Positions 27,105-39,000 are shown, counted from the stretch's first letter. The stretch is 64,000 nucleotides of DNA from Azolla caroliniana (GCA_043228905.1 JBHGNT010000010.1:2232001-2296000); one strand, 5' to 3'. A program made the numbers and translations. The notes: a model not told the origin generated them from the sequence alone.

Positions 27105-29255
27105 AAAATCCTCTCGGTTTTCGGAACCGAGGGAGTCGCGGTTACGTTCGTGGTTCGGCCGTACCGTCAGAAACTGGACCGAATGGCGCCCGTCTTGGCT
27201 TTTGACCCTCGCGTAGGCCGAACCGTTGTCCAGCACCTTGGTCTCCATCCGCGCCGCCGTGATGTACGGCTCTCCCAGTATGACCGGATGCGAAGATGTC
27301 TCCTGCACGAAGAAGTGCTGGTCAATCTCGACGTCGCCGATCTTGACTCGCACATTCGGACAGGCCCCGTGCAGCTCCTCGGTGGCGCGCGTTGCCGCCC
27401 TTATTTTCCACCCGTGCTTGGTGTTGATCGGCCAATTGCCCTTCTTATAGAAGTCCATGGACATCAAGTTGATCTCCGATCCGTGGTCCACCAAAGCTAT
27501 CACCGGTTCCTGGACATCGCCGATCTTCACCGGGGTTTCCGTGGTCGCTCGGGCCCAGTGTGGTCTCGAATAGTGGCTTTCCGCCCACTCGTCTCCCAGC
27601 GCCATGTCGTCTAGGTGCGTCGTCCGCACTTCCACTGGTCTTTCCGGTTCTGTCTCCGTTGACAGCCTCTTCCGTTTCACCAAGTCCACGATGGAGTCGT
27701 GGAACTCCTTCTTGGCGATTCCCAGCACCTCTCGTAACGACAGCTCCACCTTGCTGTCGAGGATCCGTTCCTCCAGGACCTTTCGTAAGTCCGTGGTCCT
27801 TTCTATCTCCGTCCCCAGACGGTACCCGCCCTTCTGGGGTTTATCTTTCGTACCGGCCCCGCCGGCTTCGTCCTGTCGTGGCCCGGACCGGGTCTCGTAT
27901 CGTTGTGAGGGCCCGGTCGTCCCGGGTTTCCCCACCCGCTTCTCTTCTACCAGAGCCTCGTAGTTCTGGCAAGCGGCTTCCACGAAGCCCGTCCTTTCCT
28001 CGACCGGGTCGCTCCACCCGGTTATCTCCCGTACTCGTTTCTCCGCGCGGTCCGATTCCTCCCCTTTAAGCCTTGCACCGGCAAGGCCTCCCAGCATCGT
28101 CGGCCAGAATCCGGCTTTGCTTTCCTTTTGGGCCTCGCCGCCCCCGACCTGAATGCCGGCCGACGCCGAGTAGTGGACGGTTTCCGCGTGTCGGGCCGCT
28201 GCCTCTTCCATCAACCTTTTCATACCACCTCGCCCGTCGTTTCGGCTCAGGGCCCTTCGGGTGTCGCTGGCATGCACCCGCCCTTCCCACAGGTACACCA
28301 CCCTGTCCCTTAGCGCCTCCGCGAAGTCGCCGCAGTCCTTCCGAATGTGGCCGACTTCATCGCACCACATGCACCTGTTTCCTGCCGCCGGCCGTCGGTC
28401 ACGAGCCGGTTCGCCACCTTCCCTTCGGGCTTGCGCGATTTGGAGGTCCTTTACCGCCCTCGTCAATTCCTCCAGCGCCGCTCCTCCGGTTGAGCCTCTG
28501 ACTACGCCGGTCGAAGCCGAACCGGTTTCCAACCACTCTCGGGTCTCTTCCTTCCGCACCTGTGGCGCTGGTTCGAACTTCCTTGCTGCGACCGAGCCCG
28601 ACCCGGTTACCCCGTTATCCGCCCATTCTCGCCGTTTGTCGAAACGGCCACAGACCTTCTTGACAGCCGCCCAGTCGGTAGTGAGCCCGTCTTCGGTTTC
28701 CAGCAAGAGGCCCACTTGCTCCCGATCCCGTTCGTCGACCGACTTGACAAACAGCAAGACCCGGCTCGTGTCCAGGATGGTTCGGTCGAGCGCCGAAAGG
28801 CGCACAAAGTTTTCCTCGAACTCCCGGAGGAGTGCCGACGCGTTTCTTCCCTTCCCCGGGGACTCCACCCATTCCATGAACCTTCGCTTCGAAAGCCGGA
28901 GCGCGTCGTCCAGCCCGTATTTCTCTAGGAGCCGGCCTTCGAACTCCTCCCAGGTACGGCTCTCCGCCCGCACCTCGAGCACCTCCGCATGGATGCTCGG
29001 CATTGCCACTCGGGGAAATCCGGCAAGACGCCTTTCTTCTGGAATGTCCCGCATCAACATTTCTGCACCGTAGGACGCCAGATACTTCGTGGCATCCCTC
29101 CCATCGAACCGGCCGATCGTGCCGACGACCGCCTCAATAGCTCTGTCGAGGGCACCGGTGCCCTCGCGCGCGTTTACAATCCGATCCACGGCCGAAGCCA
29201 TGGCTTCTGCAAGATCCGACACCCTCATCTTCTGCTCTTCTGCCGCCTCTTTCAC
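27102..29255 (-). CDS. gag: A2 Gag-protease (first ATG about 27 nt after the listed GTG)
   Basis: 717-aa open frame; knuckle CMWCDEVGHIRKDC; aspartic protease LVDHGSEIN...VILGEPY. Confidence 0.92.
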   Translation of the reverse strand: MKEAAEEQKMRVSDLAEAMASAVDRIVNAREGTGALDRAIEAVVGTIGRFDGRDATKYLASYGAEMLMRDIPEERRLAGFPRVAMPSIHAEVLEVRAESRTWEEFEGRLLEKYGLDDALRLSKRRFMEWVESPGKGRNASALLREFEENFVRLSALDRTILDTSRVLLFVKSVDERDREQVGLLLETEDGLTTDWAAVKKVCGRFDKRREWADNGVTGSGSVAARKFEPAPQVRKEETREWLETGSASTGVVRGSTGGAALEELTRAVKDLQIAQARREGGEPARDRRPAAGNRCMWCDEVGHIRKDCGDFAEALRDRVVYLWEGRVHASDTRRALSRNDGRGGMKRLMEEAAARHAETVHYSASAGIQVGGGEAQKESKAGFWPTMLGGLAGARLKGEESDRAEKRVREITGWSDPVEERTGFVEAACQNYEALVEEKRVGKPGTTGPSQRYETRSGPRQDEAGGAGTKDKPQKGGYRLGTEIERTTDLRKVLEERILDSKVELSLREVLGIAKKEFHDSIVDLVKRKRLSTETEPERPVEVRTTHLDDMALGDEWAESHYSRPHWARATTETPVKIGDVQEPVIALVDHGSEINLMSMDFYKKGNWPINTKHGWKIRAATRATEELHGACPNVRVKIGDVEIDQHFFVQETSSHPVILGEPYITAARMETKVLDNGSAYARVKSQDGRHSVQFLTVRPNHERNRDSLGSENREDF

Positions 29256-29268
29256 GTCGGGTTCACCA
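29251..29268 (-). promoter_or_regulatory. Family A primer-binding site, tRNA-Trp
   Basis: TGGTGAACCCGACGTGAA 4 nt after the LTR; also at 45664-45681, 47689-47706 and 62799-62816; complementary to the recalled plant tRNA-Trp end TTCACGTCGGGTTCA(CCA). Confidence 0.85.
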
Positions 29269-30674
29269 AAGATGTCGAGGTATTACGCAAGTGCGTGTGG
29301 AAACGAGGCGGGACCGCGGGGGCCTCGAACCAAAGAGCAAGCGAGGGAGGAGAAAGAGGGAGAACCGGCTACGCAGGACCGGGGATACACAGGGACACGA
29401 CCCTTCAGCACGGAGAACGCGAACAGACACCGGCACAGACAGATGCGAATGACTAAATATGTATATTAAGAAAAATGGCTAGCACGACTACAACCCCCGA
29501 TGGGGCACAGGTTGGTCGCAACCGAACAGGCCGGCGAACAGATGTCGATGCCTGTTCGCTTCAACGCACAAAGGGGGGGTAGCAGGTCGGAGGTGCTGCC
29601 GGAAGCACTCGGGCGTTCCTCGAAACAGCGCGAGCCTCCTCGGAACTCTGCACAGAAAGCTATGGAGCTCAAGAAGGAAGGAAACAGAGAGTGAAGCGTC
29701 CAGAAACGGTCCGACAGCACTTCCTCCTCTCTGCGCGATCCCCTTTTTACAGCTCTTTCCTGTTCCTTATATATCTCGACGAGCAGGCCGTCATGTCAGC
29801 TTTATCCCCTGTCCCTTTCGAACAGGGATCCGCTCCGTTCTTCACGCATACGCGTAGTTACGCCGCCGACTCGTGCCGTCCCTTAGCTCGCGCGCGCGAC
29901 CGAAAAGACTGTTCGCGCGGTCTTTGTCTCCACTCGTGTTAGGGCCCGTTCCTGCCGAATATCCTCCTAACTCGCTTCTATGTTCGACTTGGAGCGTGCG
30001 CGCGTGAGGAACCGGTTCCCACGCCTTGGTCTGCCGATTCCGCTTATGGACGGTTTTCTTCACGACACCGGCCGTAGGCGGTGTTCTGTAATCCTTTTGG
30101 TGTTGCAGTAATATATCTGATTTGTGTCCATTTTGCTCCATGTGTCTGCGCTTTGGCTCATACTTATGATTTAAGCGCTGCCCACGCCTATCAAGATCTC
30201 GCTAGTGTTTTATCTCTGATCATTTTCTCCCTCACGACGCCTCTGTTACGAGCCTTCACGTACCACGCCCTTGGATACCGATAGCCGCAGGTCTATCGAA
30301 GGTGTTCACCCAAAGGAACGGGTAACAACCCTCGGCTTCTTCAGCCGATCCGAAGTCGAATTCGTCATCCGACTCGGCATCGCGGTCTTCTCTCCCCCTT
30401 CCGTGGTCATTCGGGACATCTCTCCCCCTCAAGTTTGGCACGTCGAGGTGACGCAACCGAAGCGCACCCGAGAATTACTGTAACTTGACCAGTCCAAGAG
30501 GCTTGGTGAATATGTCGGCGGTCTGCCAATCCATCGGAACATATTAAAGTTCAACGTCACTAGAGAGAACACGCTCACGGACGAAATGGTAGTGCACCTC
30601 AATGTGCTTAGTCCGGGCGTGGAAAACGGGGTTCTTCGCGAGCTGGATGTTGTTGAGGTTGTCGCAGTAGATCG

Positions 30675-31432
30675 TGTTGGGAGACAGGTCCCTCCGGATG
30701 GGAAGAGAGAAGAACAGTGCCGATGAACAAACTCGGCCGAGGTCGAAACTGGATGAGGAGTACCCGGCTACGGAGAGCCGGATGGTGCAGACCTGGTGAG
30801 AACCGGATGAGGAGTACCCGGCTACAGAGAGCCGGATGGTGCAGACCCGGTGAGAACCGGATAAGGAGTACCCGGCTACGGAGAGCCGGATGGTGCAGAC
30901 CCGGTGAGAACCGGATAAGGAGTACCCGGCTACGGAGAGCCGGATGGTGTAGACCCCGTGAGGAATGCTCACCGGATGAAGAGACATATTCGTAAATATG
31001 TTTCTGAGAGTCCATCGAGGCTATATTTGTAAATAGCCAAAAAGTCATATTAGTATAAATATGACTTAGGGCAAAATTTTAGTCACTGTTGTTGTCATTC
31101 TTGTTGGTGCAAGGAAAGAGAGAGCGGGTAACTGTGTACAGAGAGAGAGAGAGAAAGAGGTCGTTGCCTCTATTGTAACCGCCGCCTGTGGCGAGGATCG
31201 TGAGCACGAGGTCGTTGCCTCCGTGAACTCACTGTTGTACATTCTAACATAGTGATAGTTTGCAGCCTGAGGGCTGCCGTGGTTTTTCCCTTAGTTTGGG
31301 TTTTCCACGTAAACATCTTGCGTACTCTTCTCTTCTTCGCGTCGTGCTTTATTTCCCGTTTTCTGTGTATGATTCCAAGCTCGGTTGTGGCCGAGCGTTG
31401 CGTATAGGGAGCGTGCAGTTCCTGGCATATTT
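30675..31432 (+). mobile_element. Probable solo LTR related to the Copia B LTR, inserted in the C1 RNase H; right end eroded
   Basis: Starts TGTTGGG; interrupts SDPT|IYCDN; shares blocks with 11769-11996; no clean right terminus or TSD. Confidence 0.72.
30751..30978 (+). repeat. 54-bp tandem repeat, about 4 copies
   Basis: GGAT(G/A)AGGAGTACCCGGCTAC recurs at 30751, 30805, 30859 and 30913. Confidence 0.92.
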
Positions 31433-32937
31433 TCGTTGGATCAGACACCTCCTCTTGCAGATCCTTAAGTAGCCGCTTCAACCATATGGCTTCACATGTC
31501 GCGACAGCCGCTCCTCGGTACTCAGCTTTGGTGCTCGACAGTGCAACTGTCGGCTGCTTCTTACTGCTCCATGCTATCGCGGCACTCCCAAGAGAGAACG
31601 CGTATCCGGACGTGGATCGGCGATCAACGACGTTGCCAGCCCAGTTGGCATCGGTGTAGCCGACCAACTGCGAGGCGATACCGTTCCGATATAGCAGTCC
31701 CCGGTCCTTAGTGCCACTTACATACCGTAGTACACGTTGCACACACTGAAGGTGCTCCTTGGTAGGTTGCGCCATGAACTGACTGATCACCCCGACCGGA
31801 TAACTGAGATCGGGTCGGGTGATTGTCAAGTAGATAAGGCTTCGGACAATTTGTCGGAACCTCGTCGGGTCGCATACCTTTCCAAACTCGGGGCGAAGCT
31901 TGACGGTTCTATCCAGAGGAGTCAACACAGACTTACAGTCTGCCATCCCGAATTTGAAGAGCATATTCAGCACGTAATGACGTTGGCTGATCAGTATGCC
32001 TTCGGGGGTGCGGATCACTTTGATCACGAGGAAGTAATGAAGGTCCCCCAGATCCTTCATGTCGAATGATGCCACAAGCTAGAGCTTCACGCGGTTGATT
32101 TCACCTAGGTCGACGCTGGTGATGACCAAGTCATCAACATATAGTAAAATACTAACCGGCCCGAGTCGACCTTTCTGGATGAACAGGGAAGAGTCCGATT
32201 TAGATGTTACAAAGCCCATTCGACGCAGTTGCTGCGTGATCTTCGCGTTCCAGGCACGCGGGGGTTGCTTCAGTCCGTAAAGGGACTTCTTCAATCGGCA
32301 CACTGCCGACGTGTTCGTTCCGGAGTGAAATCCAGGGGGTTGTACCATGTACACCTGTTCCTCAAGCTTACCTTGTAGGAACGCATTCTTTACATCCATC
32401 TGATGTAAGTGCCACCCCTTTGCCGTAGCTACCGCGAGCAAAACATGGACGGTCGTCATCTTCGTGACCGGCGCAAACATCTCATCGTAGTCGATGCCGT
32501 GTTTCTGCGCGTAGCCTTTCGCTACTAACTGAGCCTTGTATCGGTTGACCAAGCCGTCGGTGTTGTACTTGACTTTGTACACCCACCTACATCCGATAGG
32601 CTTCACACCCTTAGCTGCGTCAACCAAGTCCCAGGTCTCGTTTTCCGCCAATGCGTGCATCTCTTCCTCCATTGCGGCACGCCAATTCGCGTCCTTAGCC
32701 GCTTCTACGTAGCTCTCCGGCTCCCACACTTCCGCTACACGGGTCATGTACGCATAATGATGCGCCATGTACTCGTTGTATCCGAACCGCACAACTGGGT
32801 TCTTCTGGCGGGTAGATCGGCATAATCGGTCATTAGCCGATGTTGAGGTCTTCTCGGCCGACGCGGACTTCGCTCTTGAAGACCTGTTGTAAAGAATCAA
32901 GAGATGGATTCTTGTGAAGCGGAATAGGTGTGAACTA

Positions 32938-32958
32938 TGTGTGTGTGTGTGTGTGTAT

Positions 32959-33015
<57 letters not shown>
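32938..33015 (+). repeat. Compound (TG)n-(GA)n microsatellite in the C2 LTR
   Basis: Seen directly; interrupted counterpart at 56325-56386. Confidence 0.92.
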
Positions 33016-33018
<3 letters not shown>

Positions 33019-36000
33019 ACGCACGGTTAAGTATGTTAACTAAGGAGAAAGACTCAACACTATACAAGGTGGGAGGAGGGTGCTTTATGTAGTCACCCTC
33101 TCTCTTCATTAACTACAAGGCTTATGAGCATGGGGAATGTGAAAGCTCATAAGTTATGTGTCATAGAATATGATTCTATGACTCATACTAAATGCTAGAA
33201 TACAAAGAGGTGACTTAATGGTGACTCTTGACCGTTGGAGTGTCTATTTACTCTCAAGGTGAGTTCACACACTAGACCAAGTTGAGCTTGATTCTCAACA
33301 CGCCCCCTCAAGCTCAACTCGGGTCGGTTTCAGACGGTATCCGAAATCCGCTTCGACTCGCGTTCCGGAGTCTGCGTCGACTCGTGTCGACTCGCTTTAT
33401 GCGGAGTTGCGAATCCATGCTCCAGCTTGCGTTGTGCGTAGTTGTGAAGTCTGTGCTTCGGCTTGCGTCTTTCTTCGCGGCTTTGCGCAGTAGATCGGCT
33501 CTTCGCAGCTTCATTGCGTGGTTGTGTAATCCACGCGTTCTTGCGTAATGTGTGTGGTTTGCGGAATCCACGCGTTATTGCGTAATGTCTTAGTACTCCC
33601 CCTCAAGCTGGGCAGGTCAAGGATCGTCAATCCGAGATCGGTCATGAATTGCCACTGCTTGTCGGCTCCTAAGGCTTTAGTGAAGATGTCGGTCGTTTGA
33701 AGATTTGTGCTAATGTGTTGTAAGTCGACATCGCCAACTAGAACGCGCTCTCGAATGAAGTGATAGTGCACTTCGATGTGCTTTGTCCGCGTGTGGAACA
33801 CCGGGTTCCGAGCCAGATAGATACTGCTCATGTTGTCTCAGTAAAGGGAAGTCGGATCCTTGATGGGTACGCCCAGATCCTTCAAAATCCTCTTGAGCCA
33901 TACGGCTTCACACGCAGCTACGACTGCACCCTTATATTCCGCCTCCGTACTCGAATGAGCGACGGTAGGCTGCTTCTTGCTACTCCAGGATATTGCTTCG
34001 CTGCCGAGGGAGAAAACAAATACGGAGGTTGATCTTCTATCGGCTTTGTAGCCGGCCCAATCGGCGTCTGTGTACCCTCGAGTTGTATTGGCATCATCGC
34101 GGTCTTGTAGAGGATGCTGCAATCCATCGTGCTGCTCACGTTGTCGTTGTATCCCTCGCGGATGCGTGGAATGAGGCGGGACCTCGGGGGTCCTGTACCG
34201 AAGAGCAAGAGGGAAAAGGAGAGGGGAAGAGACCCACAGGGTGCGAGCGTAGATTCACAGGGACACGGCCCTTTGACACAGAAAGGCGAGTGCGACAGCC
34301 TCCCGAAACCTGCACAGATGGAAGCTATGGAGTCTGCGAACCAGAGAGAGAGAGAGAAGCCTTCCCACCCAATCCGACAGCACTTCGTCCTCGACCCCCC
34401 GCGATCCCCCGCCCCTCCTCGTCTCCCTCCTTTTATAGGCAAGGAAGGAGCCGTTTCCCCTTTACTTCCTACCTACCGAATCTACCTAGGATCTCCTATG
34501 TACAACATAAGGCGCACGTGCATGAAGAGTCGGTTCCTACGCTCCGGTACACCGATTCCGCTTGTGGACGGTTTTCTTCACGACATCCGCCCCCACCTAA
34601 CCGCGCATCCACCGGCATGCACCAAATTGTGTTGGGACGGAGAAAACCGGTCCAGCCTTCATTCTCCGCCCGTCGGTTCTTCCTCGGTTTCGGATCGCTC
34701 GTCGTCGCGGTCCAAGCCAACCGGATCCAGCTCGTCGTCGTGACGCTTCTTGAACGCTTTGATCCGCTTCCCAGCTACCGGTATCGCCATTCTCGTACCG
34801 TCGAGTTCCGCCAGATGGTACGTCCCGTTGTTGTTGGCGCTTTGTACCACGTAAGGCCCGAACCACCTTCTTGCGAACTTCCGTGTCGCTCGGTGTTGGT
34901 TGTCAAGGCTGCTGTCGTAGACTAGCACCCAGTCGCCTTCCTCGATCTTCTTCGGTCGGAGCCGGTGCGTTCGGTCGAATTGGGCTTTGTTCCTCGTCCT
35001 TGCTTCCCGAAGCTTTTCCACAGCCTGCTCCACGTCCTCCGGTCTTCGCTCGAGCTGTCGTATACGCGCCGCCAGCAGTTCCTCCCGGCTCATCTCATAT
35101 CTCCAGTCCACGGTTGCTCACGAGGAGATCGTATGTTCCATCGGCATGACCGGCTTCTGCCCAATCATGAGTTCTGCCGGCATGAACCCGATTACCGAGC
35201 TGTGCGTAGTTCGGTCCGCTCACAACGCGTAAGGCAGTAGCCGCGGCCAGTTCCCGACTTGACCCCCGCATGCCCGAACTAACGCCTTGACGATCGGTCC
35301 GTGTCCGCGCTCCACCTTTCCATTCGCCTCCGGATTATACGCAATGGTAAGCGAGAGCTTGACTCCTAGCCGATCGAACAGCTCCTCGGCCTCTTCGGCG
35401 TCCAACTCCCCGCGATTAGCCACGATCTTCCCGACGCACCCGTACCGGCATATCACGTCCTCGATCAGGAACCGACATACGACTGCAGTCGTTTTGTTCT
35501 GAAGGGCCCGGCCTTCTACCTGGTTCGTCAGATCTTCTCGAGCCAGGACCAGATACCGCATCTGTCCTACTCCCATCGGCATCGTCACCAGGTCTACCAT
35601 CCATTTGAAGTGGATGGTCGGAGGGTACGTAGGGTGAAGCTCGTCCCGATGTCGGACTACGGAGTGCATCTGACAGCTCTCGCAAGTCGTCACGAACCGA
35701 TGCACGTCCAGGTACAGTCCCCTTTATCTTCTCGAACGTGGCTCACGTTCCACGGTGTCCGGCCCAAGGGCTGTCGTGGTAGCCCGTCAGCAGCTCCTCC
35801 TATTCTTCCTTCATTGCCACCACCCGGAGCGGGACGCCATTCCTCTTCTTCGGGTGCTTCCATAAGTATCTGTCCCGGAGAAAGAATCGGTATGCTTTCT
35901 TCCGGATCCGGTTGGCCTCGTCCTTCGTCCATGACACATCCGGCGTCATTGTCCTCAAAAATCCACCGATCTGGAGCCACTCGCCGTCGTACTTGCTCTC

Positions 36001-39000
36001 ATCGAAGTCGTTAAATGCCGGAGTGCTCGTCCCATCGGTCGTTACGTATGCTGCCTCGAAGAAGTCCACGCCGACTTCTTCGTCCTCCGAAACAATGCCG
36101 CCCTCGTCATCAAACCTTGCCCTCGAAAGCATGTCGGCCATGGCGTTGTCCTTTCCGGAAATGTGCCGTATTTCCGGGTCCAGGGACTTGATGTACGCTA
36201 TCCACCGGAGCATTGCCAGGTCCGTGTCGCGCATCCGGAAACCATGCCGAGAATCGGCAGGCAATCCGTCTCGATAACCACTTCTGTCCCGATCAGGTAG
36301 CCCTTGTCGGCCTTTACTGCCGAAACGATACCCCAGAGTTCGCGTTTAACCTGGGCGTACCCTCGCTGTCGTTCACTGAGAACCTTCGCGCCGAATCGGA
36401 TCGGGAACCGAATGCCTTTCTTGTCCTCTTGGTTGACGACCCATCCGATCCCGGTCGGACTTGTATCCACTGTTATGTATACCGGGGTACCCTTCCCGTA
36501 GACAGCCTTCCGGAGCGCCGGTGCTGCCGCAAGACCTTCCTTCAGCTTCCGGACCGACTCCGTGTGCTCGTCTCGCCACTCGAACTTTCGCCCTTTCTTC
36601 AGCAACCCGTATAGCGGCTCCGCAACGTGGGCGTAATGCGGGATCCATATGTGGTAGAACGCACATGCCCCTAGGAACCTCCGAACTTCCGTAACCGAGC
36701 TACAATCGGTCTTCATCGCGGAGATGGCTTCTACCTTTGCCGGAGACGGCTTCCGGCCATAAGGTCCACATAGGTGTCCGACCACCAGGATTTCCAATTG
36801 CCCGAAGGCCGATTTCTCCCCAAAGAAGGTGAGCCTCGCATCCTCTAGCCTCTGTAGCACCTTCTCGCAGTCGTCGATGTGTGTCACCACGAATCACCGG
36901 CATCCGTCCGGCCCGACTGTCTCGTCCTTCTCCTCCACCAGGCACCCCTTGATCGGGATGTCGTCTAGAAACAACATGGTGATGTTCGGGATGCAATCCC
37001 TCAGTACCTTGTTCATCGCATGCACCATGTGGGCTACCGAGTTGGTCCCTCCTTGTGGCAAGGTACACATTCGCACTAGGCCGAGGGGGGTTCGCATCGT
37101 CGTAATGTCTCTGCTCTCCACGGCTAGCTGGAACTGGTCGTACCCTGAGTACAGATCACCGACCGAGTAAATCGACCTTCCGGCGAGGGCCTCCGCGAAC
37201 TCGTCTATGGTCGGTCCGATTCCTGCGTTCCGAATGGTCACTCTATTGACCGGCTGCAGGTCTTGAATGAAGCGCAATGTTCCGTTTTTCTTCGGTACGG
37301 TAAACCATCGGTTCGAGTATGGGGCACTCGACGGTTCAAGAATGCCCATATCTACTTTCTGCCTCAATAGCTCCATCAACTTCGGAATGTGAGCTCTTGG
37401 TACCGGAATCGGCTTGAGATTCCATGGCACATGCGGTACCGTGAATATCACCATCGGCTCCACGATCGTCGGGTCTACGCACCCGATCTCTTCCGAGCAT
37501 CCTCCGAAACCGGTCTTCCTCCGCCGGCAGTAGGAACCCGCCCCCACCGATTTTGAGCTCCCGGAGCGTCCTGTCGGTGAAGGTGTGTCCTATGCAGGCC
37601 GGATCTCGAAAACTGGGGTCCGACGCAACCCCTCTGATTCGGGACTCGCTGCCCTCCGGTAAGGGTGCCGCGACCGGCCTTACCTTCCGGTCCACAGTCT
37701 TATACTTCGTGCTAACTCGGGCCGTCCGATCCGACCCGAGCCCCCGACTGAAGTTCGCGATGGCTTCGTACATCTCTTCGGAACATACCGATATCGTCCG
37801 GTCTTCGTTGAGGTCTTCTCCGACAACCTTCCTCAGCATCCCCAAGGTGTCGTCGAAGGAGACCGCGTCCACGGCCCCGCTGATTTCCTCGTCCGGGCCG
37901 AGAACTCCGCACGCTCGAAGTCGCACTTCCTCCCTTGTCTTTTCTTGGCCAACGATGCCGACTATCATACACCCTCCGTTGTCGGAGAAGCAAAATCTCC
38001 TACCTACCGTACAGTCGTGGGGTCTTTCCCGAGTGTCCGGACTGTCTCGGCCCCACGCCTTGGCAGCCCTCTCTAAAACTCCTCCCGGTTCTCGCCACCG
38101 AGGGATTCGCGGTTCCGCTCGTGGTTCGGTCTCACGGTCAGAAATTGGACCGAATGGCGCCCGTCCTGGCTTTTGACCCTTGCGTAGGCCGAACCGTTGT
38201 CTAGCACCTTGGTCTCCATTCGCGCCGCCGTGATGTACGGTTCACCTAATATGACCGGATGCGAGGACGTCTCCTGTACGAAGAAGTGCTGGTCAATCTC
38301 GACGTCGCCGATCTTGACTCGCACGTTCGGGCAGGCCCCATGCAGTTCCTCGGTGGCGCGCGTCGCCGCCCGTATCTTCCACCCGTGCTTGGTGTTGATC
38401 AGCCACTTCCCCTTCTTATAGAAGTCCATGGACATCAGGTTTATTTCCGAACCGTGGTCCACCAACGCCACTACCGGTTCTTGAACATCTCCGATCTTTA
38501 CCGGGGTCTCCGTGGTCGCTCGGGCCCAGTGTGGCCTCGAATAGTGGCTCTCCGCCCACTCATCTGCCAGCGCCGAGTCGTCGATGTGCGTCGTCCGCAC
38601 CTCTACTGGTCTTTCCGGATCCGTCTCCGTCGACAGCCTCTTCCGTTTCACCAAGTCTACAATGGAGTCGTGGAACTCCTTCTTGGCGATCCCTAGCACC
38701 TCTCGCAATGACAGCTCCACTTTGCTGTCGAGAATCCGTTCCTCTAGGACCTTCCGTAGGTCCGTAGTCCTTTCTATTTCCGTCCCCAGTCGGTATCCGC
38801 CCTTCCTGGGGTTATCTTGCGAGCTGAACCCGCCGGCATCGTTCCGTCGTTGCCCGAATCGGGTCTCGTACCGTTGTGAAGGCCCGGCCGCTCCGGCTTT
38901 CCCCACTCGCTTGTCTTCTACCAGAGCCTCGTAGTTCCAGCAGGCGGCTTCTACGAAGCCCGTCTTCTCCTCGACCGGATCGCTCCACCCGGTTATTTCC

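Larger units (their letters stand above)
22757..30067 (-). mobile_element. Gypsy family A, copy A2, full-length and apparently intact (7.3 kb), inserted in the 3' LTR of T
   Basis: 795-bp LTRs 22757-23551 and 29273-30067 (about 3 mismatches seen); 4-bp TSD CCGG; PBS 29251-29268; two uninterrupted ORFs. Confidence 0.97.
12869..30327 (+). mobile_element. Non-chromovirus Ty3/Gypsy element T (Athila/Phygy/Selgy-like; no archaeal RNase H seen), about 10.1 kb without A2
   Basis: 5' LTR 12869-13362; 3' LTR 22519-22756 plus 30068-30327; TSD GCCCT/ACCCT; PBS 13368-13380; order gag-PR-RT-RH-INT-extra ORF. Confidence 0.93.

Noticed and set aside
26396-29073. Long antisense ORFs over family A gag/pol, recurring between copies
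   Set aside because: Expected shadows of GC-rich coding sequence; the recurrence follows from copy homology and no motifs are recognisable
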